A stretch of 64,000 nucleotides of DNA, taken from a virus. A program made the position numbers and the translations under genes. This document shows, in pieces, positions 29,074 to 37,919 of this stretch. Under the pieces are notes generated by a model that did not search any database, was not told the origin of the DNA, and saw nothing but the letters and a program-made list of their open reading frames with translations. The DNA is taken from the IMG/VR virus record IMGVR_UViG_3300044614_001780. The stretch is one strand, 5' to 3'. Each line of letters opens with the position of its first letter. Positions within the stretch are counted from its first letter, which is position 1.

Positions 29074-29087
29074 GTAAAATATGATAC
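29074..29087. promoter_or_regulatory. NtcA-box-like site GTA-N8-TAC
   Basis: t-GTA-aaatatga-TAC-a about 50 nt upstream of the riboswitch. Confidence 0.65.
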
Positions 29088-29103
29088 AAAATTTAATTTT
29101 GTA

Positions 29104-29292
29104 TCAATCGAGTTCCTTTTCCTTTTTATCCATTTGCATTACTTCATACAAAGGAGTTTTTTGGAATTTTTTAATTTTCTTATAATCTTTTATTACTTTT
29201 TTTAATTCTGATTCATTCAATTGAACGTTTAACTGATGTTCAAATTCTTTTTTAAGTTCTTTTCTAAGAACATCTTCAAATTTTTCTTTCAT
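29104..29292 (-). CDS. Hypothetical Lys/Glu-rich protein
   Basis: 62 aa ORF with ATGA coupling. Confidence 0.55.
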   Translation of the reverse strand: MKEKFEDVLRKELKKEFEHQLNVQLNESELKKVIKDYKKIKKFQKTPLYEVMQMDKKEKELD

Positions 29293-29546
29293 TTTTTCTT
29301 TTTGTTAGAAACCTTTGGTTCAATATTCCAAAGTTTTGGATTTGCTCTTCCTTCAGATTGTTTAAATGATAACAATCCATCCCTATACCTATCCCAATAG
29401 TAATCAAAAATATCTATTTTTTTATTTGTTAATACAAGATCATACTTTTTTACTTCATCATCGATATAATTAACAAGATATGTATTGTAAGGTAAACTTC
29501 TATCATTTGCTATTTCTGGACTACAATCTTGATGAAGTATTTTCAT
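29289..29546 (-). CDS. Conserved cyanophage hypothetical protein
   Basis: MKILHQDC..LPYNTYLV..IFDYYWDRY..GRANPKLW. Confidence 0.7.
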   Translation of the reverse strand: MKILHQDCSPEIANDRSLPYNTYLVNYIDDEVKKYDLVLTNKKIDIFDYYWDRYRDGLLSFKQSEGRANPKLWNIEPKVSNKKKK

Positions 29547-30124
29547 TATCCTCTTCCACCCCAAGTAATGTCAGGATATGCTTGAGATACTATCTCTTTG
29601 GTAATTTTATATTTTTCTTGAAGTTTTTTATCTTTACACAAACAAATAATTTCTGATTCTAGAGGATGCATACCCTCCAAAAGATTAATAAAGATATTTT
29701 CTCTTCGCAGAGAACTCAAAGAGTCATTACCACCTTTGATGAAATTATAAAACTTTGTATATTCAGTCCTAATTGCTGTATGTTTTTGATCAGATGCACC
29801 AATAGAACTTGAACTCAAATCCCCCATTGTATCAACTGCCTGCTGAATTCTTTCAGTCATGGTTGAAGTCTTAAAATCATTATCACCAAAATATGGAACT
29901 TCACCTGGGGGAAGCATTGAAATTATACTTTCATCAAAGTTCCAAATAAAAATTGCCTTTAAAGACTCGTGTTCATATTCTTTTAGGATTTCCACTTTTT
30001 TTGCATTGCTTCTTTGTTTAGAAACAAGTTGAAGCACTTCAAAGGCAAATGGTTTTGGTGGCAATTTTACTGCTTTTGGTTCAGTCTTCGTCTTCGTCTT
30101 CGTCGTAGTCATGGTCATTTTCAA
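29546..30124 (-). CDS. Conserved T4-like phage hypothetical protein
   Basis: LPPGEVPY..RRENIFINLLEGMHPLESEI..KDK. Confidence 0.75.
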   Translation of the reverse strand: MKMTMTTTKTKTKTEPKAVKLPPKPFAFEVLQLVSKQRSNAKKVEILKEYEHESLKAIFIWNFDESIISMLPPGEVPYFGDNDFKTSTMTERIQQAVDTMGDLSSSSIGASDQKHTAIRTEYTKFYNFIKGGNDSLSSLRRENIFINLLEGMHPLESEIICLCKDKKLQEKYKITKEIVSQAYPDITWGGRG

Positions 30125-30308
30125 ATCGTACTGCTATTATTTCATCTGGAATAATATTCCCATTATTATCAAACATTTCTGGATGAGTATATACCTGCAT
30201 CTGCTGAGTGCTGTATACATGCTGTTTTGTTAGCCAACCAATTACTCCACCTACCAATAAAAATAAAAAAGAAACTAAAGAAAAAATTGTGAGTTCTGCT
30301 GCTAACAT
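30081..30308 (-). CDS. Hypothetical membrane protein
   Basis: One TM helix then HPEMFDNNGNIIPDEIIAVRFE. Confidence 0.7.
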   Translation of the reverse strand: MLAAELTIFSLVSFLFLLVGGVIGWLTKQHVYSTQQMQVYTHPEMFDNNGNIIPDEIIAVRFENDHDYDEDEDED

Positions 30309-30330
30309 TGTTATTCCTCCGAGAGAACTA

Positions 30331-30513
30331 TTACTTTTCAGATATAGAAAATTTTAAATCTATTGTAATTTCTCTCTTAAGGAGAGAAATTGTCTTACAA
30401 AAATTAAACACTTTTTGTTTAATTTTTGGACTCTCTTTTTCCCTCCTTTTTCGAAGTAGTAACTCAACACCTCGGTTAATACCAGGATGCTCTGAATTAT
30501 TTATAGGGCACAT
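30331..30513 (-). CDS. Hypothetical protein
   Basis: INRGVELLLRKRR..LLKREI; fills the gap in the operon. Confidence 0.55.
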   Translation of the reverse strand: MCPINNSEHPGINRGVELLLRKRREKESPKIKQKVFNFCKTISLLKREITIDLKFSISEK

Positions 30514-30750
30514 TTAGATCAAGTTATTTTCTACCATATATTTTACTGCGTCTGTACATCCCCCTATATTTTTTTCATCCAAAACTACTTGGGGAAATGT
30601 TGCACCAACACCAAATTTTTCATAAAATTCATCACGAACAAAATCAACATCAAGTTCATTTAAAGTATACTCGATATTTCTTTGTTCAAGTACAGATTTT
30701 ATTTTGTCACAATATGGACAACCAGTTCTACTATAAACAGTTATATTCAT
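30514..30750 (-). CDS. nrdC: Glutaredoxin
   Basis: CPYC active site; TFPQV; IGGCTD. Confidence 0.9.
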   Translation of the reverse strand: MNITVYSRTGCPYCDKIKSVLEQRNIEYTLNELDVDFVRDEFYEKFGVGATFPQVVLDEKNIGGCTDAVKYMVENNLI

Positions 30751-31127
30751 AAAACTTTATTCCTTCTTGGTTTATATTTGTATAAATTTAAATTTTGAGT
30801 TAAAAGTTGTCTCTGCCAACTTATTATAGCACTATGTCTTTCCTCTGTAAAGAACTTTTGTCTGGAAAACCACTGTTCCCATTGTTCATGCCCCTTTGAC
30901 CTATTACATTTTACACAACAACATAGGACGTTTGTTATGTGGTCATTTCCTCCAAGGGATTGTGGGACAATATGATCAATTGATAACTCTTCAGTTTTTG
31001 TTCCACAATAAGCACACTGGTGATTCCATTTGTCTTTTATTGAATTCCTCCACATTTTTTTTGCTTCATTTGGAGAACAAGTATGCAAATGATACAAAAA
31101 ATCTTGTGGTGAATTTAAGATTTCCAT
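30747..31127 (-). CDS. HNH endonuclease
   Basis: CAYCG..IDHIVPQSLGG..NVLCCCVKCNRSKG. Confidence 0.9.
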   Translation of the reverse strand: MEILNSPQDFLYHLHTCSPNEAKKMWRNSIKDKWNHQCAYCGTKTEELSIDHIVPQSLGGNDHITNVLCCCVKCNRSKGHEQWEQWFSRQKFFTEERHSAIISWQRQLLTQNLNLYKYKPRRNKVL

Positions 31128-31133
31128 AGATTC

Positions 31134-31742
31134 TTACTCTGGTAGATTGTTATCGTTTAAATGAAGCCAACTAGTGGCAATATATTTTTCACCAGATAGT
31201 GGTGGATTTCCTCGATGAGTATGAGTCCACTGAACAGGAAAAATAACAACTCTTCCTTCTCTTGGTTTAACCCTTCTACTTTGATAAAGAAATTCCGTTT
31301 CTCCTCCATCTAGAACATCATTTAAATAAACCATTGTTGTTAGATGCCTTGTATATGTCAGGAAATTATTTGATTTTTCCCAATGAAAATTGTGAAACCC
31401 CTCCGATTTTTCTGTTCTTTGTATATTCACAGTGTACTGAACACAATTAATGTCATGCAAAACTTGATATTGCTTTGCGTATTCCCTTAAACAAAAGTTC
31501 ATCAAATCATTATATTTTTCCAAGATTAAAACATCAGCATTGATTCTATATGATTCAATGCCAACGAATAAAACTTCATCCAGAACACTATTTTTTCTGG
31601 AACCATAATCTCTTCTAAATGTATTATTAGTTTGTTTTAAAAACTTAAAATAATCAATAAATTCTTTTCCTTTAAAGTCAGTATCAAATACACCGATAAA
31701 ATCACTAACATCAGATTTAAAAATATTAAAATTATTTTCCAT
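31134..31742 (-). CDS. 2OG-Fe(II) oxygenase (prolyl-4-hydroxylase-like)
   Basis: HWE..MVYLNDVLDGGETEF..HTHRGNPPLSGEKYIATSW. Confidence 0.85.
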   Translation of the reverse strand: MENNFNIFKSDVSDFIGVFDTDFKGKEFIDYFKFLKQTNNTFRRDYGSRKNSVLDEVLFVGIESYRINADVLILEKYNDLMNFCLREYAKQYQVLHDINCVQYTVNIQRTEKSEGFHNFHWEKSNNFLTYTRHLTTMVYLNDVLDGGETEFLYQSRRVKPREGRVVIFPVQWTHTHRGNPPLSGEKYIATSWLHLNDNNLPE

Positions 31743-31855
31743 AAATAAAATCTTTTTTATCATTATACAGCAAATGCCCCAAACACCAAAGTGTAAGGGG
31801 CAAATTTTTGGGGTTTTTTATTGTTCATAAAAAACATCTAACACATAATTATATA

Positions 31856-32020
31856 TTAAGTATTTTTATTTTTATATTTTTTCTCGCAAAGCATCCTACC
31901 CCAAGCACGATTCATACCGTTTAAGTATGAGCATATTTTATTAGTTTCACCACAATATGGGCATTTTGCTCCTGGTGGGTCACTAAAATATCCGTATTCA
32001 ATTAAATTATTTTTTTTCAT
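31856..32020 (-). CDS. Cys-rich microprotein (paralog 2)
   Basis: GYFSDPPGAKCPYCGETNKICSY..RAWGRMLC; ATG at 32020 preferred. Confidence 0.65.
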   Translation of the reverse strand: MKKNNLIEYGYFSDPPGAKCPYCGETNKICSYLNGMNRAWGRMLCEKKYKNKNT

Positions 32021-32219
32021 TTTTAAGTTCTTTGTTGTGTTTTTTTGCACAGGCACTTCTTGCCCAAGCACGACTTAAACTATTTACATAAGAACATGAT
32101 TTTTTTGCTTCTCCGCAATAAGGACAAATTGCATCTGGGGGGTCACTAATATATCCTTCAGGAGTATACATCCTTTTCTTTTTTTGATTTTCTGCTTGTT
32201 TGTATTTGCGATAATTCAT
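32007..32219 (-). CDS. Cys-rich microprotein (paralog 1)
   Basis: GYISDPPDAICPYCGEAKKSCSY..RAWARSAC. Confidence 0.65.
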   Translation of the reverse strand: MNYRKYKQAENQKKKRMYTPEGYISDPPDAICPYCGEAKKSCSYVNSLSRAWARSACAKKHNKELKNEKK

Positions 32220-32500
32220 ACTTCAACTACTTGAAGATTACTTTCTTCAAGAGTATAAATTTTACTATCTACAATTTTATATTGACCTGGAGGCAGTCCA
32301 ATCTGTCCAGGAAGTTGTTTATCAGTTGTGGAACTAATATCAATTACTTGGTCCATAATAAATCTTTCTTTTTTATATGTCCGTTCATTGGGTTTTAAAT
32401 TACACAACATTTGAGCATCAAATTCATTACCACAATGTGCAATGACTCTGCCCGTCTTTTTATCTAGTACTGAAAAATATTCATCGAAATATTTGTTCAT
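32216..32500 (-). CDS. Hypothetical protein
   Basis: 94 aa; ATGA coupling on both sides. Confidence 0.65.
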   Translation of the reverse strand: MNKYFDEYFSVLDKKTGRVIAHCGNEFDAQMLCNLKPNERTYKKERFIMDQVIDISSTTDKQLPGQIGLPPGQYKIVDSKIYTLEESNLQVVEV

Positions 32501-32610
32501 TTTTTTAAATCTTTGTTATTTTTAATATTTTTTTTAGGTGGACTATAAAGTTGAGGCCATGTGTCTCTAATGATTTCCGCAAGTTTTTGTGGTGTCTCTG
32601 AACTAATCAT
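32497..32610 (-). CDS. 37-aa cyanophage microprotein
   Basis: MISSETPQKLAEIIRDTWPQLYSPPKK..; read by eye; promoter-like TTGCCT-18-TATACT upstream. Confidence 0.6.
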   Translation of the reverse strand: MISSETPQKLAEIIRDTWPQLYSPPKKNIKNNKDLKK

Positions 32611-32669
32611 TAAAAAAGGAGGGTGTTTCCCTCCTAGTATATCACAAAACATTATACCTAGGCAAGACT

Positions 32670-33728
32670 TTATAGTGCATTACCTCTCGGAAGTACCTCC
32701 TCAGGGAATACAAACTGTTCATGAGGTTGGTCAACTGGTGCCATCCAAGCACGAAGACCTTCATTGAGTAGAATGTTCTTTGTGTAGAAGGTTTCAAACT
32801 CAGGGTCCTCTGCTGCACGAATCTCCTGACTTACAAAGTCATAAGCTCGAAGATTAAGGGCAAGACCAATAATCCCAATAGAACTAGTCCAGAGACCCAT
32901 GACAGGGACGAAAAGCATAAAGAAATGCAACCAACGCTTATTAGAAAAAGCAATACCAAAAATCTGCGACCAGAATCGGTTCGCAGTAACCATCGAATAG
33001 GTCTCTTCTTCCTGTGTTGGTTCAAATGCTTTGAATGTATTTGCTTGTTCACTGTCTTCAAATAGAGTGTTTTCTACTGTTGCTCCATGAATCGCACAGA
33101 GCAGTGCTCCCCCCAGAATACCAGCAACTCCCATCATGTGAAAAGGGTTGAGGGTCCAGTTGTGGAAACCCTGAAGAAACAGAAGGAACCTGAAGATAGC
33201 GGCAACACCAAATGAAGGTGCAAAGAACCAACTGGATTGTCCCAGTGGATACATCAGGAATACAGAAACGAATACTGCAATAGGACCAGAAAACGCAATA
33301 GCATTATAAGGACGAATGCCAACGAGACGGGCAATCTCGAACTGACGCAGCATGAATCCAATCAGACTAAAGGCCCCGTGGAGTGCCACAAAAGGCCAGA
33401 GTCCCCCAAGTTGGAACCACCTGACGATATCCCCTTGAGCCTCAGGACCCCAGAGCAGAAGAAGAGAATGACCCATAGCATCTGCTGGAGTACTAACTGC
33501 CGCAGTAAGAAAGTTTGCACCCTCAAGATAGGAACTTGCCAACCCGTGAGTATACCAACTCGTAACGAAAGTTGTCCCAGTAAGCCAACCACCAAGAGCA
33601 AGGTAAGCAGTGGGAAAAAGAAGAAGTCCAGACCATCCAACAAAAACGAAACGGTCTCTCTTAAGCCAGTCATCGAGTACATCGAACCATCCTCTTTGTG
33701 TTTGTTGAGTGAGTGTAGATGAAACCAT
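32670..33728 (-). CDS. psbD: Photosystem II D2 protein
   Basis: [31 protein letters not shown]; full length, uninterrupted. Confidence 0.99.
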   Translation of the reverse strand: MVSSTLTQQTQRGWFDVLDDWLKRDRFVFVGWSGLLLFPTAYLALGGWLTGTTFVTSWYTHGLASSYLEGANFLTAAVSTPADAMGHSLLLLWGPEAQGDIVRWFQLGGLWPFVALHGAFSLIGFMLRQFEIARLVGIRPYNAIAFSGPIAVFVSVFLMYPLGQSSWFFAPSFGVAAIFRFLLFLQGFHNWTLNPFHMMGVAGILGGALLCAIHGATVENTLFEDSEQANTFKAFEPTQEEETYSMVTANRFWSQIFGIAFSNKRWLHFFMLFVPVMGLWTSSIGIIGLALNLRAYDFVSQEIRAAEDPEFETFYTKNILLNEGLRAWMAPVDQPHEQFVFPEEVLPRGNAL

Positions 33729-33980
33729 TTAATTAAATCCTTTTTTATTTTTGTCTTTTTTTACTTTTTTGTCCAAAACTTCAACATGTGAAAGATTATC
33801 TTTAGATGAAGTATACCATTCATGGAAAAGGTCTTGATAATTATCAAAAACTTTTTTCATGCCATTTTCATAAACAAGTCGATAGTCATGTTTTTCATAA
33901 AGTTCATCTGAAGTTTGAGTAAAAGTTTTTGGAAGAACATTTTCTTCTGGTTCTAAATTACCAATCATGAGAATTCTCAT
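33729..33980 (-). CDS. Hypothetical protein upstream of psbD
   Basis: 83 aa; FTQTSDELYEKHDY..LSHVEVLD. Confidence 0.65.
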   Translation of the reverse strand: MRILMIGNLEPEENVLPKTFTQTSDELYEKHDYRLVYENGMKKVFDNYQDLFHEWYTSSKDNLSHVEVLDKKVKKDKNKKGFN

Positions 33981-34020
33981 AATATTGACTTATTTAGTTT
34001 ACACTTCTTTACAATTTAAA

Positions 34021-34581
34021 TCAATGAGCATTTTCACTCATCAATCCAATCAAAAGGTGAGTTGCTTCTGAAAATCTATCAACATAATGAATCAACTTCA
34101 TCTCTTCATTATTGAGGAATCCATTATCAAGCATTTCTTCTTCAACCCAATGCTTGAGTGTTCTCCACATTCTACCTACACAAATGATTGGTTTTTTATC
34201 AATGTGATTAACTTGAACCAATTGATAAATCATTGCCATCTCAAGAAGAGTACCAATACCTCCAGGAGTTACAATAAAGGCATCACAATCAGCAAAAGTT
34301 TTTAATCGAGAATAAAAAGTTTGATGCTTTTCGTATTCTTGTACATAAGGATTTACACCCTCCTCAAATGGAAGATGTATTGCCTCTGCTACAGAACAAA
34401 GAGAGTTTCCAACACAAACACTCATTGCCCCTTTATTTGCCGCTTCCATAGTTCCTGGGCCACCTCCAGTAACTACTATCCATCCTTGAGATGCAATGTT
34501 TCTTCCAAGTTTTTCCACTGCTTGATAAAGTCCAGAAGTGGGACTTGTTCTTGCAGATCCAAATACTGCTATTTTTTTCAT
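34021..34581 (-). CDS. LOG-family nucleotide 5'-monophosphate nucleosidase
   Basis: AVFGSAR..TGGGPGTMEAAN..PGGIGTLLE motif; ATG at 34581. Confidence 0.9.
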   Translation of the reverse strand: MKKIAVFGSARTSPTSGLYQAVEKLGRNIASQGWIVVTGGGPGTMEAANKGAMSVCVGNSLCSVAEAIHLPFEEGVNPYVQEYEKHQTFYSRLKTFADCDAFIVTPGGIGTLLEMAMIYQLVQVNHIDKKPIICVGRMWRTLKHWVEEEMLDNGFLNNEEMKLIHYVDRFSEATHLLIGLMSENAH

Positions 34582-34613
34582 ATTTTTTTTATATGAACCA
34601 TTAATAGTTATAC

Positions 34614-34709
34614 TTACCCCCAATAAATTACCCCGAGAGTGAATAAAACAAACACAAGAACTGTGAATATCATCATACCTACACCTGCCCAAATGATCCA
34701 GGGTTCCAT
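34614..34709 (-). CDS. 31-aa single-TM peptide
   Basis: MEPWIIWAGVGMMIFTVLVFVLFTLGVIYWG; read by eye. Confidence 0.5.
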   Translation of the reverse strand: MEPWIIWAGVGMMIFTVLVFVLFTLGVIYWG

Positions 34710-34725
34710 AGGATGATGTTGATTA

Positions 34726-34941
34726 TTATGAGACATTTGTACCGATTACCTCAAGAGAATCAAATGAACAGTCATACGTTCCTTTACGATTGGTGTCTAA
34801 GTATCTAACTTTCATTGCAATTGGAGGAAAATATTCATCATCTTTATCATACATAAAACCTAGAATTTCAAATTCTCTTCCGTGCCGTCTTTGAATTGGA
34901 TTATTAATCCTACAAATATCACCTACTTTAAAAATAAACAT
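34726..34941 (-). CDS. Hypothetical protein (SH3/KOW-like)
   Basis: FKVGDICRI..FEILGF..KVRY pattern. Confidence 0.55.
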   Translation of the reverse strand: MFIFKVGDICRINNPIQRRHGREFEILGFMYDKDDEYFPPIAMKVRYLDTNRKGTYDCSFDSLEVIGTNVS

Positions 34942-34976
34942 AGTTCATCTAATGTGACTGTACTATATTATAACAG

Positions 34977-35003
34977 AAAAAAAGAGACCCTTTCGGGTCT
35001 CTT
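34977..35003 (-). terminator. psbA intrinsic terminator
   Basis: aagagaccc-gaaa-gggtctc-ttttttt. Confidence 0.85.
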
Positions 35004-35024
35004 AAAAAACTGTTAGTTTTTATA

Positions 35025-36107
35025 TCAACCGATGGAAGGTGCGGTCAGAGCAACAGGAGTTGCTTCGGCAGCAGCCAAGTCCAGAGGAAAGTTGTGTGCG
35101 TTTCTCTCGTGCATCACTTCCATCCCGAGACCAGCACGGTTCAGAACATCTGCCCAAGTATTGAGCACACGACCTTGACTATCAACGATGGACTGGTTGA
35201 AGTTGAAACCATTGAGGTTGAATGCCATGGTGCTAACACCAAGAGCAGTGAACCAGATGCCAACTACAGGCCATGCAGCAAGGAAGAAGTGCAGTGAACG
35301 TGAGTTATTGAACGATGCGTATTGGAAAATCAGACGACCGAAATAACCATGAGCAGCTACGATGTTGTATGTTTCTTCTTCTTGTCCGAACTTATAACCG
35401 TAGTTCTGTGACTCATTCTCTGTCGTCTCACGGACGAGAGAAGAGGTGACAAGAGATCCGTGCATAGCAGAGAAAAGAGAACCACCGAAGACACCAGCAA
35501 CTCCCAACATGTGGAAAGGATGCATAAGAATGTTGTGTTCTGCCTGGAAAACAAGCATGTAGTTGAAAGTTCCCGAAATCCCAAGAGGCATTGCGTCAGA
35601 GAAGGATCCTTGACCAAAGGGATAGACCAGGAACACTGCAGAAGCAGCAGCAACGGGTGCAGAGTAGGCAACACAAATCCAAGGACGCATACCCAGTCGG
35701 TAAGACAGTTCCCATTCACGACCCATGTAGGCATAGATACCGATTAGAAAATGGAAGACGACCAATTGGAATGGTCCACCATTATATAGCCACTCATCTA
35801 GGGAAGCAGCTTCCCAAATTGGATAAAAGTGCAGTCCAATTGCGTTGGACGAAGGAATCACAGCACCAGAGATGATGTTGTTTCCGTACATGAGTGAACC
35901 AGCAACGGGTTCACGGATACCATCAATGTCCACAGGAGGAGCACCAATGAATGCAATAATGAAACAGGTTGTAGCAGCAAGTAGGCAAGGAATCATCAGG
36001 ACCCCAAACCAACCGACATAAAGACGATTATCGGTTGAAGTAACCCAGTTGCAGAACTGTTCCCAAATATTTGATTGTGATTGTTGACGTGAAATTGTAG
36101 CAGTCAT
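35025..36107 (-). CDS. psbA: Photosystem II D1 protein
   Basis: 360 aa, [27 protein letters not shown] plus C-terminal extension; Gln at the 130-equivalent position; no intron. Confidence 0.99.
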   Translation of the reverse strand: MTATISRQQSQSNIWEQFCNWVTSTDNRLYVGWFGVLMIPCLLAATTCFIIAFIGAPPVDIDGIREPVAGSLMYGNNIISGAVIPSSNAIGLHFYPIWEAASLDEWLYNGGPFQLVVFHFLIGIYAYMGREWELSYRLGMRPWICVAYSAPVAAASAVFLVYPFGQGSFSDAMPLGISGTFNYMLVFQAEHNILMHPFHMLGVAGVFGGSLFSAMHGSLVTSSLVRETTENESQNYGYKFGQEEETYNIVAAHGYFGRLIFQYASFNNSRSLHFFLAAWPVVGIWFTALGVSTMAFNLNGFNFNQSIVDSQGRVLNTWADVLNRAGLGMEVMHERNAHNFPLDLAAAEATPVALTAPSIG

Positions 36108-36124
36108 TTTTTCTTAAAAGAGTA

Positions 36125-36218
36125 GTAAGACCATCAGGGAAATGGTGGTGATACTATTCCCCAGTCACCCTCAGACTGGGTATGAGAGACGTAATTTATA
36201 CACCCTAGAGGTCTCGGT
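36125..36218 (-). ncRNA. Structured psbA leader, probably PhotoRC-II motif
   Basis: Stems GAGAC/GTCTC, CCCAGTC/GACTGGG and a CCA..TGG hairpin in the 5' UTR of phage psbA; family name recalled, not searched. Confidence 0.6.
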
Positions 36219-36273
36219 TTAAGGGGTGTTGACAATGTTAAGATTTATGAGAAATCCGTAACATTTGTTTACC

Positions 36274-36307
36274 TATTTATAGTAGCACGGTCAGAAATCC
36301 CTGTCAA
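36274..36307 (-). promoter_or_regulatory. Overlapping sigma70 and late promoters of psbA
   Basis: TTGACA-17nt-TACTAT, with the -10 running into TATAAATA. Confidence 0.7.
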
Positions 36308-36325
36308 GCCATCCTTAGATGACAA

Positions 36326-36502
36326 CTAACCGAACAACTCCGATCTCCAATTACTTTCTTTATCCTTTAATGCAGAAAGGATATGTTCATTCTCTTGCAT
36401 TTGCCTTTCTTCTTTTATTTGTTTTTCAATAATTTTTTCTTGATGTTTTTGTTTAACATCTTTCATATCGATATGTCTCATCGCTCTAGAATAAGTATTC
36501 AT
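36326..36502 (-). CDS. 58-aa hypothetical protein
   Basis: MNTYSRAMRHIDMKDVKQKH..SNWRSELFG; late-promoter-like site upstream. Confidence 0.55.
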   Translation of the reverse strand: MNTYSRAMRHIDMKDVKQKHQEKIIEKQIKEERQMQENEHILSALKDKESNWRSELFG

Positions 36503-36580
36503 TGAAAGTATTAAACTAACTACATTTTTAAGTATTTATTTTCACCTAAATATTTTTAGTGTATACCACAAAATAAGAAA

Positions 36581-37042
36581 ATGAAAAGACTATTATTTGT
36601 TTTTTCGTTATTCTTCACCATTCCCGTCAGTGCTGCTGAAATCACCTCAAGAATCACCGATTCCGTACAATTAAAAGTTGACGGTGCTGCTATTCAATCA
36701 ACCAGAATAGGAGCATCCTACTCCGCATCAGGAACCAATATCCAATCATCCTCATTCGGTGGAGTTGGTGGTGCAGGAACTTATGACATCAATACTCCAG
36801 GTCAAGCATTTAGTTTCTCAGAATCTATTAATGCTGCTGATACTCCTGTAACAACTCAAACAGTTACTAATGGTGTTATTGGAACTCCAAATCTTTATGG
36901 AGATAGTGTAACTCAAGTTGGTGGTGAGAAAGGAACTCTCGCAGGAACCTTATCCCCAACTGGTGTTCCTACTGTAACTGCTGGTGGTGCTGGAACTACT
37001 GCAACTGCACAACGTAGTATTGAACTGAGCGTATTCAAATGA
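36581..37042 (+). CDS. Exported beta-rich protein A
   Basis: Signal peptide ending VSA-AE; Gly/Thr/Ser-rich; paralogous to next gene. Confidence 0.75.
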   Translation: MKRLLFVFSLFFTIPVSAAEITSRITDSVQLKVDGAAIQSTRIGASYSASGTNIQSSSFGGVGGAGTYDINTPGQAFSFSESINAADTPVTTQTVTNGVIGTPNLYGDSVTQVGGEKGTLAGTLSPTGVPTVTAGGAGTTATAQRSIELSVFK

Positions 37043-37398
37043 GACATATCCTAGCAGGTTTATTCCTGCTAGGGTTTTGTTCTCCTGCCCTAGCAGAAAG
37101 TGTTGTACCTAATTTCACTAGGGGTACAATCAATGCGACTACAGAATCTACTACAAAAGTTATAGAAACAATCCGCCAAGTTGAATATACAACTGGCACA
37201 TCATATACTGTGACTGGAACTAATATTAACATTCCTGGCACTCCTCAACAGGGAGCAAATTATAGTATCATGAATCAAGGTGCTCCATTCCAGTTCAGTG
37301 AAACCTATCTCGGCCCTGGAGTGGCAAAAGAAACATGGATAGATCGCACCACAGAAACACAATCCACCACTACATCAATTTCTGTCTTTACGCAATAA
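37039..37398 (+). CDS. Exported beta-rich protein B
   Basis: Signal peptide ending ALA-ES; shares GxSYxxxGTNI and FxFSE motifs with protein A. Confidence 0.75.
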   Translation: MRHILAGLFLLGFCSPALAESVVPNFTRGTINATTESTTKVIETIRQVEYTTGTSYTVTGTNINIPGTPQQGANYSIMNQGAPFQFSETYLGPGVAKETWIDRTTETQSTTTSISVFTQ

Positions 37399-37919
37399 TT
37401 TCAACTGGAACTGCATTTGCACAAAGCACTCCAGCACCAAGTAATACTAATATTGCAGGACCTTCAGCATCTGCTACGGGTAACGTAACAAACCAGGCAG
37501 TTCAGGTGTTACAAGGTCCATATGCATTGAACACTTATGGTGGTGGGGTAAGTTGCCAAGGAGCAACGTTTTCACTTTCTCCATTTGGAATGAGTAGTAA
37601 TAACAATAGTGATGACCCAGAATCATTCGCATCACGAAATGGTAACTGGGGAATTTCTGCTGGACTTAATATTCCATTGGATGGAACTCTAATGAACTTG
37701 TGCAAGAAAAGAGCAGAAACTGAAATTGCTAGACAACAGGCAGAAACTGATAAAGCAAGATTAGATTTTGAACTTGTAAGATTATTAAAATGCGGTGAAG
37801 CACATAAGAATGGAATAATGTTCCACCCAGAAAGTCCTTACTACAAAGTTTGTGCAGATGTAGTTGTGAAGTATCCACGAGTTGAGGATGTGGTTAATGG
37901 AACCAATAGAATTAATTAA
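37335..37919 (+). CDS. Exported protein with amphipathic beta-hairpin and Cys-containing helical domain
   Basis: AFA-Q signal site; NWGISAGLNIPLD strand; coiled coil; four Cys in mature part; start uncertain. Confidence 0.7.
   Translation: MDRSHHRNTIHHYINFCLYAIISTGTAFAQSTPAPSNTNIAGPSASATGNVTNQAVQVLQGPYALNTYGGGVSCQGATFSLSPFGMSSNNNSDDPESFASRNGNWGISAGLNIPLDGTLMNLCKKRAETEIARQQAETDKARLDFELVRLLKCGEAHKNGIMFHPESPYYKVCADVVVKYPRVEDVVNGTNRIN

Noticed and set aside
32670-36107. Group I intron or homing endonuclease in psbA/psbD
   Set aside because: Both genes are full length and uninterrupted; the HNH gene at 30747 is free-standing and not adjacent.
36258-36272. NtcA box upstream of psbA
   Set aside because: Spacing is GTA-N9-TAC, not N8; more likely part of an HLR1-like or promoter element.
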